DNA of 63,438 bases, the filler included, from Octopus bimaculoides (lineage: Eukaryota), in assembly GCF_001194135.2 (NCBI RefSeq). It is 6 parts of 4 records of this genome, joined end to end, with 100 filler letters (N's around TTAATTAATTAA, not from the genome) between each part and the next. Parts side by side here need not be neighbours in the genome. Positions count along the whole stretch, not along the records: positions 1 to 2,972 come from NC_068986.1; positions 3,073 to 8,357 come from NC_068983.1; positions 8,458 to 36,899 come from NC_068986.1; 3 more parts are not named here. One strand, written 5' to 3'. This document shows, in pieces, positions 1-12,832 of this stretch (position 1 is its first letter; each line of letters opens with the position of its first letter). The translations under genes were made by a program, and so were the position numbers. Under the pieces are notes generated by a model that was not told the origin of the DNA, did no database searches, and was given only the letters and a program-made list of their open reading frames with translations.

Positions 1-46
<46 letters not shown>
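1..46. repeat. (TA)n microsatellite
   Basis: Direct read. One of dozens of TA/CA/TACA/GATA/TAA runs in the window. Confidence 0.95.
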
Positions 47-49
<3 letters not shown>

Positions 50-174
50 TAAAACAGTTTGATTCGGTTCCAGCAACTTTAAGTTTCGCGGGCCTCTAAT
101 AGAAGCCAGTCTCTTTCACACTTTAGATTACCGAGTGGAGAGATATGTATGTATGTATGCATGTGTGTATGTAT

Positions 175-400
175 GAGTGTGTGTCTTTGTGTTTGTATTT
201 GTTTCCCCACCACTGCTTAACCGGTGTTGGTATGACTGTGTCCCCGTAACTTAGAGGTTCAGCCAAAGAGTCCAATAGAATAACTACCAGGCTTAAAAAA
301 AAATAAACACTGGTGTAGATTCGTTCGACTAAAATTCTTCAAGGCGGTGCCTCAGTATGGCCACAATCTAATGGCTGAAACAAGCAAAAGACAAAAGATA
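175..400 (+). mobile_element. Major SINE family (family 1), 3' half
   Basis: Contains gtccccgtaacttag, aggcggtgcctcagtatggcc and gctgaaacaagcaaaaga, matching the 3' half of the full copy at 53886-54276. Confidence 0.75.
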
Positions 401-723
401 TCTACTTAACAAGGCAGAAATGTACATCTAACATTCTCCCGCCCGCTGCTCGACAATTTCCGTCTGCTACTGATATAGTTGTGTTATTTAACACAGTGCG
501 TCCATGAGGGATATTATCGCTGCACGAACACCGCAGTTCATTTGCATTTTGCGATATATCTGCATTAAGTACGATACACAGATTACTATTATCGTGGATT
601 GTAAATGAGTGAGTGACAGCAGAGCAAGTAGCGACAGCGCTAAAAAGAAGAGGATGTTAAAATGATTGGAAGAATAATTAGTAACAAATAGCAGACATGA
701 TGGTGATGATCCCTATACTTGTA

Positions 724-968
724 GATGCGCTTTGCTTAGTGGTTAGGGTGTTGGACTCATGATCGTAAGATTGTGGTTTCGATTCCTGGACCGGGCGACG
801 CGTTGTGTTTTTGAGCAAAACACTTCATTTCGCGTTGCTTCAGTTCACTCAGCTGGCAAAAATAAGTAATCCTGCAACGGACCGGTGTTCCGTCCAGGTG
901 GAGAATTTATACGCCATGAAATCGGCCCTTATGAGTCGGTTTGACGCGAGATGGAAACTTTACCTCCA
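724..968 (+). mobile_element. tRNA-derived SINE with CORE-like central domain (family 2)
   Basis: A box tagtggttagg (737-747) and B box ggtttcgattcc (775-786), then ttgagcaaaacacttc...cactcagctggcaaaaat (CORE-like). A second copy lies at 2121-2310. Confidence 0.75.
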
Positions 969-1089
969 CTTCATACTTATTCTAAAATAGGTCGAGAACA
1001 ATGCAAAATTTTATTCAAAAGAACACGAAGCTTTATAAAGAACAAGGACAAATTGATGCTCCTTCACCAAAATTCCAAACGCAAGGAAG

Positions 1090-1450
1090 CAAAACTCCAG
1101 CAATAAATGTATTGGAACGTATTTTGTCAACTTGGATCGAAGAATGTAATCAAAAGGATAATACTGTAGTCAAATGAGTTCAAATTCCACCGAGATCGAC
1201 TTTGCTCTTCATCCTTTTGGGGTCGATAAATTAAGTACTAGTTGCGTACTGGGGTCGATCTAATTGACTGATAAAAAAATTTCGGGCCTTGTGCCTACAG
1301 TAGAAAAGAACATTTGAAGTCAAATGATCGAAACGACATCTGTCAGTCTGTCTGTTAAAAGTCGAAAGAAAACAGTCAAGAAAACGAAATGAAGAAATTT
1401 CTGGTTGTTCTGGAATCTATAAGTCTTGGATTGTAGGGGAAAGTGCAAGA
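1090..1450 (+). pseudogene. Decayed pogo/Tigger-like transposase fragment interrupted by a SINE
   Basis: ttggaacgtattttgtcaacttggatcgaagaatgtaatcaaaag translates LERILSTWIEECNQK, resembling the CENP-B-type HTH of Tigger transposases. The remainder is heavily degraded. Confidence 0.35.
1171..1310 (+). mobile_element. SINE-like repeat fragment (family 3)
   Basis: gagttcaaattccaccgagatcgactttgctcttcatcc...ggggtcgat. Related pieces occur at ~1890-2115, 40720-40860, 49350-49545, 54460-54630 and 62270-62430. Confidence 0.6.
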
Positions 1451-2120
1451 GCGGACTTTAGAGCAGCCATTTATGCCGCCATAATGAAAAAAAAAAATAC
1501 TGAACATTATGGTTGTGTTGAAAAAAAATTTGGGAACAAATGCTTAATACAATTAACAAAGAAGGAAAATTTTCAGCTTGGGTTGAACGGGGTTAATGAT
1601 TGTATAAAACTTTTGATTGGAAATGTACTGCTAATTTAACGTTTAAAACTAAAATCTATATTGATCTATCGATCAGAACAGCCCACAAATATTTAAGGAG
1701 TCACCAAGAATTTCTTTCCAGTATAATAGAAATCCAATAGAAAATCTTGGTTATATTTAGATAGCGATTGTTCCAAGGTCGAAAGATATAAATATATGAA
1801 TTTAGATTTTAAAGTTTATTAGTTTCGGATAATTTTTCGAGTCAGCCAGCCACCTAAATAGTTGACAGATTATGTCAAAATGAGGGTTTCAAATTTCGGG
1901 TGTATGGGGTAAGTCGTTCAACCGGTATACCTGTTTTATTGACCCCGATGGGAACATAAGAACAGACGAAATGCCGCTAGAACAATTTGCCCGGCGTGGT
2001 AAAGATTCTGCCAGTTAGCCGCCTTAAATTATCCTTCCTACTGTAGGCACAAAGACTGGAATTCGGGGGAGTGGATAGTCGAGTTCATCGACTCCAGTAC
2101 TCAGCTGGTACTTATTTTAC

Positions 2121-2310
2121 GTGATCGTAAGATTGGTGTTTCGATTCTTGGACCAGGCGACGCATTGTGTTCTTTCGTGTTGCTCCAGTCCACTCAACTG
2201 GCAAAAATGAGTTATCCTGCGACGGACCGGTGTCCCATCCAGGTGGGGAATATATACGTCATGGAAACCGGGAAACCAGCCCTTATGAGTCTATATGACC
2301 CAGGAAGGAA
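2121..2310 (+). mobile_element. Family 2 SINE copy, 5'-clipped
   Basis: Colinear with 760-940 (gatcgtaagatt...gcgacgc...actcaactggcaaaaat...ggaccggtg...cccttatgagtc). Confidence 0.75.
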
Positions 2311-3423
2311 CTTTACTAATGCACTGGATAATGTCATCGTAGATATACAATGCCTTGGACGTGATGGCCATAACTGTGATAGCTCTGCTTTGAACATAGA
2401 TGTGTTCAAACAAGGCTGACCTAGAGATCAACAAAAACAACAACAAAAACGACGACAACAATAACAATGAATTCATTTTATACAAGATTGTGTATTTAAT
2501 CTTGTTCCCAAATACTGTCGGGATCACATACATTATCTGCGATTAATCTACATTTTGCTTCTGTTCTACTTGACATCTACACATTGTGTCTAATCTATCA
2601 GATATATACAAGACGTATCTATCCAACTTAAATTGTGTTCATCTGGTCAATATTCACCGTTCACATACCTCATCCACATCCAAGTACCCTAACATTTAGA
2701 GCCTCTGTTTCTTTGATTGATTGCTTCAGCGGTGTCTGCTGCGATATCTCAGAAATAACTGACACTGATAAGGGGTTTTTTTTCTCTCTCCTTTTATTTC
2801 AGCAAAATGGGAAAAAAATATGTATTTTTGTTTTACGAAGCTTTTTTTTTTTAATCCTTTTCCAACAAGTTATTTGGATATATATCAAAGGAATTATGTT
2901 TTAAAGTCAAAGTGAAAACAGATTTTTTAAAAACATGAAATGAATGAGAAACACTGGTTTTCGAAAAAAAAANNNNNNNNNNNNNNNNNNNNNNNNNNNN
3001 NNNNNNNNNNNNNNNNTTAATTAATTAANNNNNNNNNNNNNNNNNNNNNNNNNNNNNNNNNNNNNNNNNNNNATATGTAGGTATGTACATATATGTATGT
3101 ATATATGCATATATTTATATATTATTTATATTATACATATATATATATATATATATAAATATGTGTGTACATTCCATTTTTTCAAACTTTCATTCCCGTC
3201 ATTTCTTTCCTACTTTTTTGTTTCGTTTTTATATATATATTTTAATTGTAGTTCATAGACAGAATTATAAATAAAGAAAACAACTAATTATATGAATACA
3301 GTATGTCTCCGAAGTATGTCTCTGTGCATCACACAACTCTCAGTCTAACAAACCTCCCAAAATTTAACCGATAATTGAAAAACTCTCCATCTTCTTTATC
3401 TTTGCAGGAATGCATTCAGGTCT

Positions 3424-3710
3424 TTGGAAACTTGCTACGTGTCCCCACCCCCATTCCCAAGAAAACAGCCCTCTGTCACAGGCAACTTTCGTCTTATTGC
3501 ATTCACTTCCAATATCCCACAGGTAATGGTGACAGACACAATGATATTCTCCACCCACTCTCATTTTTGCTATCACTCTCCATCTCTCTCTCTCCCTCTC
3601 TCTCTCTCTCTCTCCGCAACACCAATTCTTACACTGATCATACTATTCTTCATGCTTCCCAAATTTTTTCTACCATACCTCAGCATGCGAAATCTGCTCT
3701 CATTCCATGA
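3424..3710 (+). pseudogene. Decayed non-LTR RT fragment (CR1/L2/Jockey-like)
   Basis: Frameshifted WKLAT..PIPKK followed by GNFRLIAFTSNI resembles the WK.A.V.PIPK..NYRPIALTS region preceding LINE RT domain 1. It is interrupted by (CT)n. Confidence 0.45.
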
Positions 3711-3782
3711 ACAAAAATATTCCAATGTAAACTCTAATGGGGACGTGCCGAGCTTGTCTCCTTCAGCAACAAAGAATTGATG

Positions 3783-3831
<49 letters not shown>

Positions 3832-3872
3832 NNNNNNNNNNATATATATATATATATTAATAATAATAATAA

Positions 3873-5392
3873 GTCAACCACTTGTTATTCATGGATGACC
3901 TCAAATTTTGTGGTAAAGATGAATCCAAAGTCAGTTCCCTCGTTGATATAGTGTATACTTTCAGTGCTGATATCGGAATGCAGTTCGGACTGAAACAGTA
4001 TGGTGTGTTAGACTTGAAGAGAAGTAAAATCAAATGTATGAACGGGTTAGCGATACCATCGGGGGAGGTTATAAAGCAGGTAGAAGAGACGAGCTATAAT
4101 TACTTGGGAATATTGGAAATGGATAAATTGATGGAGAAAGAAATGACAGAAAAATTTAAGGTGGAATGCTTGCGTAGACTGATACTGATCCTTAAGTCGA
4201 AATTAAACGAACGGAATAAGATTGAAGCTATCAACACCTGGGCCTGTTTCACTCCTTACATATGGAGCAGGGATAATCGCATGGACAGTAGACGAACTAA
4301 ACAGTGTAGACTAGAAGACAAGAAAGTTGCTGACTAGATATGGGATACTCCACCCCAAAAGTGATACAGACAGACTGTATGTACCAAGAAAATGAGGGGG
4401 AAGAAGACTAATTGGATGCGAACACAGCATTAGAGCAGAAGAAGACAACGTAGCATCGTATGTAAAAAATGCGACAAAACCGCGATTATTTGAAGAATGT
4501 CAGGCCTGTGTAGAATGGAATATTGTAAAGATAAAGCATTGTGCAAGTACTTGAGAATGAATGAAACTAAAAATAGGCGGATAAAGAAAAGAATGCATGG
4601 ACAATTTCCTAGGGATGCTGAAGATAAGACAGACAGAGAAAAAAAAATGGCTATGGATGACTAAAAGTGATTTTAAACCACGCTGCTCTAATCTGTGCTG
4701 CCCAAGTGCAAGCTTTAAGAACGAATTACATCAAATACAGAATAGACAACACATCAGAAAGTGGTAAGCACAGAATTTGTGGACAAAATCGGGAAACCGT
4801 ATGGCATATTACCAGCCAATGTACGCCACTAGCCCAGAAAGAATATAAAAGACGTCATGACAATATAGCAACGATTGTCCATTGGACACTTTGCAACAAA
4901 TATGGACTTAAAAAAGCAAAAAAGTGGTACGAGCATAAACCCGAAGGCATCATAGAAAATGATGATGCAAAATCCTATGGGATTTTATGATACAGTGTGA
5001 CCATGAGATAGAGAATAGGAAACCAGACATAGTGTTAATTGAGAAAGGAAGCAAATGATGCTGGATGACAACAAGGTATGTGATATAGAAGAAAGAAAAT
5101 TCGATATATATAACAGTTTAGCTTAGGAGGTTAAGAAGTTGTGGTCGCTGAAAAAGATGGTAATAGTACCAATAATTGTCGGAGCCCTGGAAAGGGTGAG
5201 AAAAACTCTTGAGAAGTACATGGAACAAATAGTGGGGTGCAAAAGGGTGGAGAACTTGCAGAAAACAGCACTGCTCGGAACCGCTCAAACACTCCGGATG
5301 GTGCTCGAAAAATAAGAGGTGTTACCTTAGTTCACTGGTAGTGAACAGCTGACACCGTAGTACATCTCCAGCGTTAGAAGCTGTGCAAAGAC
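3873..5392 (+). mobile_element. R4/Dong-clade RLE non-LTR retrotransposon, 5'-truncated (copy 1)
   Basis: VNHLLFMDDL (RT), YNYLGI, LILKSKLN..NKIEAINTWA, CCHC knuckle ICG..RETVWHITSQC..EYKRRHD, and RLE LWDFMIQCDHEIENRKPDIV. Ends GTAQTLRMVLEK* (stop 5313-5315), then a 3'UTR and (TAA)n tail. Multiple stops and frameshifts. Confidence 0.9.
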
Positions 5393-5397
5393 AATAA

Positions 5398-5450
<53 letters not shown>

Positions 5451-5453
<3 letters not shown>

Positions 5454-5880
5454 CTAACAAAATCATCTGGGATTTCCCAATCCAAAAAGATCAGGTGCTA
5501 GAGCATAACAGAACGGACCTAGTGGTGGTCGACAGGGTGCACTACATGTGCTATATAGTTGACGCCTTTTTGACCCACGAATAGTTAAGAAGGAAGACGA
5601 AAAATAGATAAATACAACTCTCTTAAGTACGAAATAGCCCGGCTATGGAAAATGAAGAAGGTGAAGATAGTGTCAATTATTGTTGAGTCCTTGGGAACAA
5701 TATCAGAAAGCATCAAGAGGAATATCAAAGATATTGGAATAGAGTGCCCAGTAGAACTGTTACAAAAGTTCTGCCTCCTTGGCACGGCCAGAATAATCAG
5801 GAAAGTATTAGATAGCTAAAAAGAACGGATAGCATGGTACTGTAGACTGCAAATCTCTAGAAGTTCCAACGAAACCTGTG
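5451..5880 (+). mobile_element. R4/Dong-type element, RLE-only 3' fragment (copy 2, different subfamily)
   Basis: KIIWDFPIQKDQVLEHNRTDLVVVDR ... GTARIIRKVLDS* (stop 5817-5819), a distinct 3'UTR, then (ATA)n. Confidence 0.85.
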
Positions 5881-5986
<106 letters not shown>

Positions 5987-6864
5987 NNNNNNNNNNNNNN
6001 NNNNNNNNNNNNNNNNNNNNNNNNNNNNNNNNNNNNNNNNNNNNNNNNNNNNNNNNNNNNNNNNNNNNNNNNNNNNNNNNNNNNNNNNNNNNNNNNNNNN
6101 NNNNNNNNNNNNNNNNNNNNNNNNNNNNNNNNNNNNNNNNNNNNNNNNNNNNNNNNNNNNNNNNNNNNNNNNNNNNNNNNNNNNNNNNNNNNNNNNNNNN
6201 NNNNNNNNNNNNNNNNNNNNNNNNNNNNNNNNNNNNNNNNNNNNNNNNNNNNNNNNNNNNNNNNNNNNNNNNNNNNNNNNNNNNNNNNNNNNNNNNNNNN
6301 NNNNNNNNNNNNNNNNNNNNNNNNNNNNNNNNNNNNNNNNNNNNNNNNNNNNNNNNNNNNNNNNNNNNNNNNNNNNNNNNNNNNNNNNNNNNNNNNNNNN
6401 NNNNNNNNNNNNNNNNNNNNNNNNNNNNNNNNNNNNNNNNNNNNNNNNNNNNNNNNNNNNNNNNNNNNNNNNNNNNNNNNNNNNNNNNNNNNNNNNNNNN
6501 NNNNNNNNNNNNNNNNNNNNNNNNNNNNNNNNNNNNNNNNNNNNNNNNNNNNNNNNNNNNNNNNNNNNNNNNNNNNNNNNNNNNNNNNNNNNNNNNNNNN
6601 NNNNNNNNNNNNNNNNNNNNNNNNNNNNNNNNNNNNNNNNNNNNNNNNNNNNNNNNNNNNNNNNNNNNNNNNNNNNNNNNNNNNNNNNNNNNNNNNNNNN
6701 NNNNNNNNNNNNNNNNNNNNNNNNNNNNNNNNNNNNNNNNNNNNNNNNNNNNNNNNNNNNNNNNNNNNNNNNNNNNNNNNNNNNNNNNNNNNNNNNNNNN
6801 NNNNNNNNNNNNNNNNNNNNNNNNNNNNNNNNNGAAGTGAAAGCACGTTATAAAAATAAAACTA

Positions 6865-6960
<96 letters not shown>

Positions 6961-8021
6961 GGAAGGGTGTGTGAAGTTTGATCAGTTGCCAGGAGATTGT
7001 ATCGAAGCAGAGGAAAACAGCTTAGGTTGGTATGTAAAAAAAGTACCGTGGAACCATTGTTGAGACATGTGGAGAAGGCGGATGTCATTAAAATTGATAA
7101 TTGTTTTAAGAAAGAACGAATTAAAAGGAAAAGAACACAAAAAAGAAAAACACATTGAAAAAAATGTACGGTCAGTTTGCAAGAGATGTGAACGCCAAGA
7201 CATATACAGAAAACCGGTGGTTATGGATGAGGAGGAGTGATCTGAAGATAGAGACAGAAACACTTATATGCACAGCTCAAGAACAAGCGTTAAGGACCAA
7301 CTATATGAAATGCAGAATGAAAAAACACAGAATGTGTGGTGAGAGGGATGAAACGGTATGGCACATCGTTAGCGAATGCCCAAAACGGACACAACGCGAT
7401 TACAAAAGACGCCATGACAATGTGGCAGGACTGATCCATTGGGAGCTCTGTGGAAATCACAGCCTACAAAAAGCAAAGACATGGTATAAACAAAAGGAGT
7501 CACCGAAAATGAAGATAGCAAAATCCTGTGGGATGCAATGATTCAGTGCGATGAACAGACATCGGAAACCAAACATTATTGTTGTGAGTAAAAAAGAAAG
7601 AACTTACATGATAATCGACATAGCATGTCCCGGTGGCAACAGGATCAATTAGAAAGAAGGAGAAAATCAGAACAACTGCGATGATTTGAAGTGGGAAATA
7701 CGAAGGTTGTGGTCTATGAAGAGAGTAGACGTAATACCAATAGAGAGCAGACGTGATACTTGGAAGTATCAGTACTCAACTTTGGAAGTATCAGTACTCA
7801 ACTTTGGAAGTATCAGCACTCAACTACTAACATGGCTCAAAAAGATTGGCACAAATGTAAAGATAGAACACCTACAAAAATCAGCATTGCTTGGAACTGG
7901 AAGAATTCTTCACAGGATTTTTGAAGTATGACCAGTAACAATGTGTCACCTTAATCTGCTGGCTGTAGACAGCTGACACTTTCCATCATAACCAGTAAAA
8001 TAAGCTGAGAGTTTTCATCAA
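6961..8021 (+). mobile_element. R4/Dong-type element, 3' fragment (copy 3)
   Basis: EENSLGWYVK, MYGQFARD, LICTAQEQALRTNY, MCGERDETVWHIVSEC..DYKRRHD, and LLGTGRILHRIFEV* (stop 7929-7931). Flanked on both sides by (AAT)n. Confidence 0.9.
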
Positions 8022-8030
8022 ATAATAATA

Positions 8031-8097
<67 letters not shown>

Positions 8098-8126
8098 CGA
8101 TGATGATGATGATGATAATGATGATG

Positions 8127-8197
<71 letters not shown>

Positions 8198-8198
<1 letters not shown>

Positions 8199-8357
8199 GA
8201 GAAATTAAGGCAAATAGACCAGATATAGTTGTCAAAGATCATGAAGGAAAAAAATGCCTTCTAATTGATGTTTCAATACCAGCAGATGACAACGTTTCTC
8301 TAAAAGAAATGGAAAAACTTTCAAAATACAAAGACCTGGAAATAGAGATAACTCGAA
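8198..8357 (+). mobile_element. R4/Dong-type RLE fragment (copy 4, runs into gap)
   Basis: REIKANRPDIVVKDHEGKKCLLIDVSIPADDNVSLKEMEKLSKYKDLEIEITR matches the PD-(D/E)xK restriction-like endonuclease. It starts directly after (AAT)n. Confidence 0.85.
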
Positions 8358-8457
8358 NNNNNNNNNNNNNNNNNNNNNNNNNNNNNNNNNNNNNNNNNNN
8401 NTTAATTAATTAANNNNNNNNNNNNNNNNNNNNNNNNNNNNNNNNNNNNNNNNNNNN

Positions 8458-8532
<75 letters not shown>

Positions 8533-8535
8533 ATG

Positions 8536-8674
8536 GACGTCACTAAAGTAACAGAGGGTACTAAGTGGCACCGGCATTGCTAGAAATGAGTCAAACCGAC
8601 TCTCTAGTGGCTAGTGCCTCTTATTTCTAGCAATGCCGATACCACTTAGTACCCTTTATCACTTTAATGGCATC
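8536..8674. mobile_element. Fold-back (hairpin) MITE-like element
   Basis: 8536-8590 is the reverse complement of 8618-8674 (about 80% identical; gggtactaagtgg..cggcattgctagaaa / tttctagcaatgccg..ccacttagtaccc), with a 27-nt spacer. Confidence 0.75.
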
Positions 8675-8730
8675 TATAAATGTGCCTTTAGGTTGTTAAA
8701 TTGCTAATAAGTCACCCATATTATACATGT

Positions 8731-8781
<51 letters not shown>

Positions 8782-8808
8782 ATGCGCGCACTATCAGCTT
8801 CTACTTAC

Positions 8809-8844
8809 TCATTAGACAGTCTGGGCTGTGTAGCTTTTGAGCAG
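8809..8844 (-). other. Candidate 36-nt exon (unverified)
   Basis: Minus strand reads gctttctccttttctAG|ctgctc...ctaatga|GTAAGT. Length is divisible by 3; the phase 1 reading is xAQKLHSPDCLMx. Chance occurrence is not excluded. Confidence 0.25.
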
Positions 8845-9399
8845 CTAGAAAAGGAGAAAGCTACTCTGATTCCAAATCTGCGATCAATTTAGTATCCGAC
8901 ACTGCACCAGTACAAGTAAATGCTTTTTTTGATGGAGAGAGTATGTATTGTGCTGCACAAGCAATGACCACTATAAACAAAACCATGTGCAGGTAGTTCA
9001 GTAAAATGGTATGAGCGTAAANNNNNNNNNNNNNNNNNNNNNNNNNNNNNNNNNNNNNNNNNNNNNNNNNNNNNNNNNNNNNNNNNNNNNNNNNNNNNNN
9101 NNNNNNNNNNNNNNNNNNNNNNNNNNNNNNNNNNNNNNNNNNNNNNNNNNNNNNNNNNNNNNNNNNNNNNNNNNNNNNNNNNNNNNNNNNNNNNNNNNNN
9201 NNNNNNNNNNNNNNNNNNNNNNNNNNNAAAAAAAAAAAAAAAAAAAAAAAAAAGAAAAATCCTATGACGATGAAGTGATAGCAACAAGAATAGGTGAAGG
9301 ATGCCACTGGAAGTTCTTAGCTTGCACATAGATAGTAAAAGGTAGATGACCACTTTACACAACATCGGCGGGTAATTGTGTAATTTGTGTCTTCCTTTA

Positions 9400-11580
9400 A
9401 CAACAAAGCAACTCTGTTTACGATGACACTGCTTTCCTCCTATGGAGGAAGGGGGTCAAGGAAACGTGACCCAAAAATTGTTTACTCGCATTGCTCCTTG
9501 TCATTAGGTGCAAATGACTGGGCACCCAAACCTGCACCAGAAAATTAAGCAAATTGAAAACAGAAAACCCCTTTATTGCATCTTTGAATGTGAGAACTCT
9601 TCAGGACAGCAAGAAAGATATAGAACGTAGGACAGCTTTGGTTGCCCGTATCTTGAAAGAAGAAAAAACATCGGAATAGCAACTTTTTCAGAAACCAGAT
9701 TAGCAGACTGCGGTCAGCTACAAGAAGTTGATGGCGGATAGACTTGTTTTCTGGGTGTGTAAGCTTCAGGAAGTAAAGAAACAGGCAGGCGTTGGGTTTG
9801 CTATTCAGAATGACCTGGTGAAACAACTTGAATTTCTGGCTGTTGGCATTAGTAAAAGACTCATGTCATTGCGCATCCGCATTGGTAAAAATAAATACGC
9901 AACTATTTTCAGCTTCTATGCTCCAACCATGAACTCAAATGAAGTAGTCAACTGAGTTACGTAGCCAGTTGGGAGGTGTCTCCATCCATGATAAACTTTT
10001 CCTCCTTGGTGATTACAATGCACGTGTAGGCTGTGATACATCCATATGGGATGACGTTATAGGGAAGCATGGGTTTGGCAAGGCAAACTCAAACGGCCAT
10101 CTACTGCTATCGCTTTGCAGTGACTATGGTCTTTGATTACTAATACTATTTTCCAACTCTCCAGCCACCGCAAAACTACCTAGAAACATCCCCGATCAAA
10201 CCATTATCATCTCATTGACTACATAATTGTGAGGTCGTCCATGAGGGAAGATGTGCAAGTAACACGTTCTTTCTCCATTAGGGACCATAGACTGTTACGA
10301 TCAAAGGTGAATTTTACTATCTGCAGTCCTATTCATAGCAATCGCACTCGACCAATTCGAAAAGTGAAAGTGACAGAGCTGAGGAACAATGACAATTTAG
10401 TCCCATTTCAAACAACCTGTGACAACTAGCTTGCTAGCATCTTAGACTACACAAATATTAAATCAGCATGGTCTACTTTTAAAAATGCTGTATTTGAGTC
10501 ATCTTGTGAAACATCTGGGTACGTTAAGAGGAGGCGCTAAGAGTGGTTTGTCTCAAATGATCCAAACGTCTATCCTATTTTGGACAATATGCAAAGTGCC
10601 ACTGTCAATGGATGTCAAATAGAAATAATGCAACAATGCACAATGAGTTTAAAAAGGCCAGAAATACATACCAATCTCAACTGAGGCAAATGAACGAGAA
10701 ATGGTGGCAAAGGAAGAATTGCAAGATGCTGCGGACAGATGTGACTCTAGGTCATTCTACAAGAATTTAACGGGTGTTTTTGAATCTGTGTCTGGTGATT
10801 AACTCCCATACTTTCAACTGAAGGTAATCTGACAAATAAAAAGATCTCGAAGCGCTGGGCAGAGCACTTTTCAAATGTTCTGAATATGGACTCAATTGTT
10901 AATGAAGAACTGATCACCACAAGGCCTGTCCTTGAAGAACTGTCAGTAGCTCCATCAAATGCTGAAATAAAACGACCATAAAACAACTCACAAATAGAAA
11001 GTCGTCTGGGAACAATGGCATACCAGCCGAGATATATAAATGTGGCAGTTATCCCCTGCTGAACAAGTTATGTGAACTCTCCTCTTTAATCTGGAAATCA
11101 GGATCAGTCCCACAGGAGTTCAAAGACGCTTCTATTGTCCATCTTTATAAGCACAAAAGTAACAAATGTGAATGTGGCAACTATAGAGATATGTCCCTTT
11201 TGTGTGTTGCTGGGAAGATCCTTGGAAGGGTTATCTTGTACCTAGGAATGCTATTTGGATTGTCCTTAGAATGCTAGGTGTTCCAGAAAAGATGCTCAAT
11301 GTTATAATTTCTTTCCATCAAGGGATGATGGATTCTGTCAGATCTAGCAGGGAAATGTCCAATTCATTCACAGTCTCAATGGGACAAAACAAAGCTGTGC
11401 TCATGAACCACTCTTATTTGCTTTGTATTTCTCCGTCATGTTGGAAACAGCGTTCGAGGGTGTTAAAGAAGGAGTAAAGTTTGAGTAGAAAACTGGTGGT
11501 GGATTGTTCAACCAACACCGCTTCAAAGCAAAAACTAAGACTTTGGCGCAAATAGTTCGAGATTTGCTCTTCGCAGACGT
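9400..11580 (+). mobile_element. Decayed RTE-clade LINE (APE + partial RT), internally deleted and lacking its 3' part
   Basis: APE: IASLNVRTL, SETRL, GVGFAI, YAPT, LLGDYNARVG, HPRS..YHLIDYIIV. RT: GIPAEIYK, DASIVHLYK..GNYR..SLL..AGKIL, GVPEK, ..RDLLFAD (11564-11578). Many stops and frameshifts. Confidence 0.88.
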
Positions 11581-12414
11581 GTTAGTGTGTTTGTTAGTCT
11601 GTAATTTAAAAAAAGGTGGAAGCAGCACAATAGCATGTTCAAAGTTTGTTTTATATTAGTTACATTGAGTATCTTTTCATAAAATATTACCGGCTTCGAT
11701 GTGCATGACCATCTAATAAGAATTGAAAGTCAAAAATCAGGGAATTAGAAACAATTGGAAATAAAAACTTTGTTCTCATAATTTGTGCACAGTTAGCTAC
11801 GCACAAAATATAAGAACAAGCGATTATTAATGTTTTATATTTGATAAGATACACACACACATCGAAAGTGGTAATATTTTATAGAAAGTCACTCGATACA
11901 ATAAATATTAAACAATCTTTAAACATACTTTATATTTTTTAACTATCATTTTTTATTTGTATGGATTTTTAAGCCCTTCTTTAACNNNNNNNNNNNNNNN
12001 NNNNNNNNNNNNNNNNNNNNNNNNNNNNNNNNNNNNNNNNNNNNNNNNNNNNNNNNNNNNNNNNNNNNNNNNNNNNNNNNNNNNNTATATATAGATACAT
12101 ATATATATTTTTATATATATATGTATGTGTGCATATATAAATATATATATATATATGTGCGTGTGTGTATGTGAGTATGTGTGTGTATATATATACATAT
12201 CTTTCGTGGATGTTGTACATACAACATCTGTTTGCGTTTGCGAATGCTTCGATGCATGTCTTTGTGCAAAAGTGCATATATTTAATTACTTAATTCTTAA
12301 GATTAATTAAATCAAGTCGGTTACGATTCTGCTGGACCATCGATTTCATATGTTTAATCGAGTAGTTTCGTGAATAAACGCAACACCATCTATCTGCATA
12401 GTTACTATTTAGAT

Positions 12415-12520
12415 ACACGCACAGACATAAGGCTACAGTAGAAGATGTTTGATCAAGGTGCTACGCAGAGGGACTGAACCCGGGATCATGTGGTTGGGAA
12501 GCAAACTAGCGATTAAACGC
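12415..12520 (-). mobile_element. Family 1 SINE head fragment
   Basis: Reverse complement of the head (gcttcccaaccacatgatcccgggttcagtccc). Confidence 0.65.
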
Positions 12521-12744
12521 CTCCATTATATATATATACATATACATATTTGTGTGCATGTATGTGTGTGTGCGTTGTGCGTATGTATATTATAAACAAA
12601 ATCGAACACATATGCAGAAGGTGTGCGTCTTGTTAGTTCATAGGTATATATACACTCACGGTGGTGCACCAGCATGACCGCAGCCACTTGGCTGAAACAC
12701 ATAAATAAATAAATACATATATATACATATATATACATATTTGT

Positions 12745-12832
<88 letters not shown>

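Noticed and set aside
724-790. tRNA-like sequences (also 47640-47700, 53886-53955, 59490-59563)
   Set aside because: A/B boxes are present but continue into repeated SINE bodies. They are SINE heads, not tRNA genes.
2669-2688. 20-nt minus-strand exon candidate with GAG|GTATGT donor
   Set aside because: The acceptor is preceded by purine-rich sequence and the length is not a multiple of 3.
9270-9540. HDV-like ribozyme expected at an RTE 5' end
   Set aside because: Only isolated hairpins were found; I could not trace the nested double pseudoknot.
11691-11712. 22-nt minus-strand exon candidate
   Set aside because: The donor (GTAATA) is weaker, the length is frame-shifting, and nothing else supports it.
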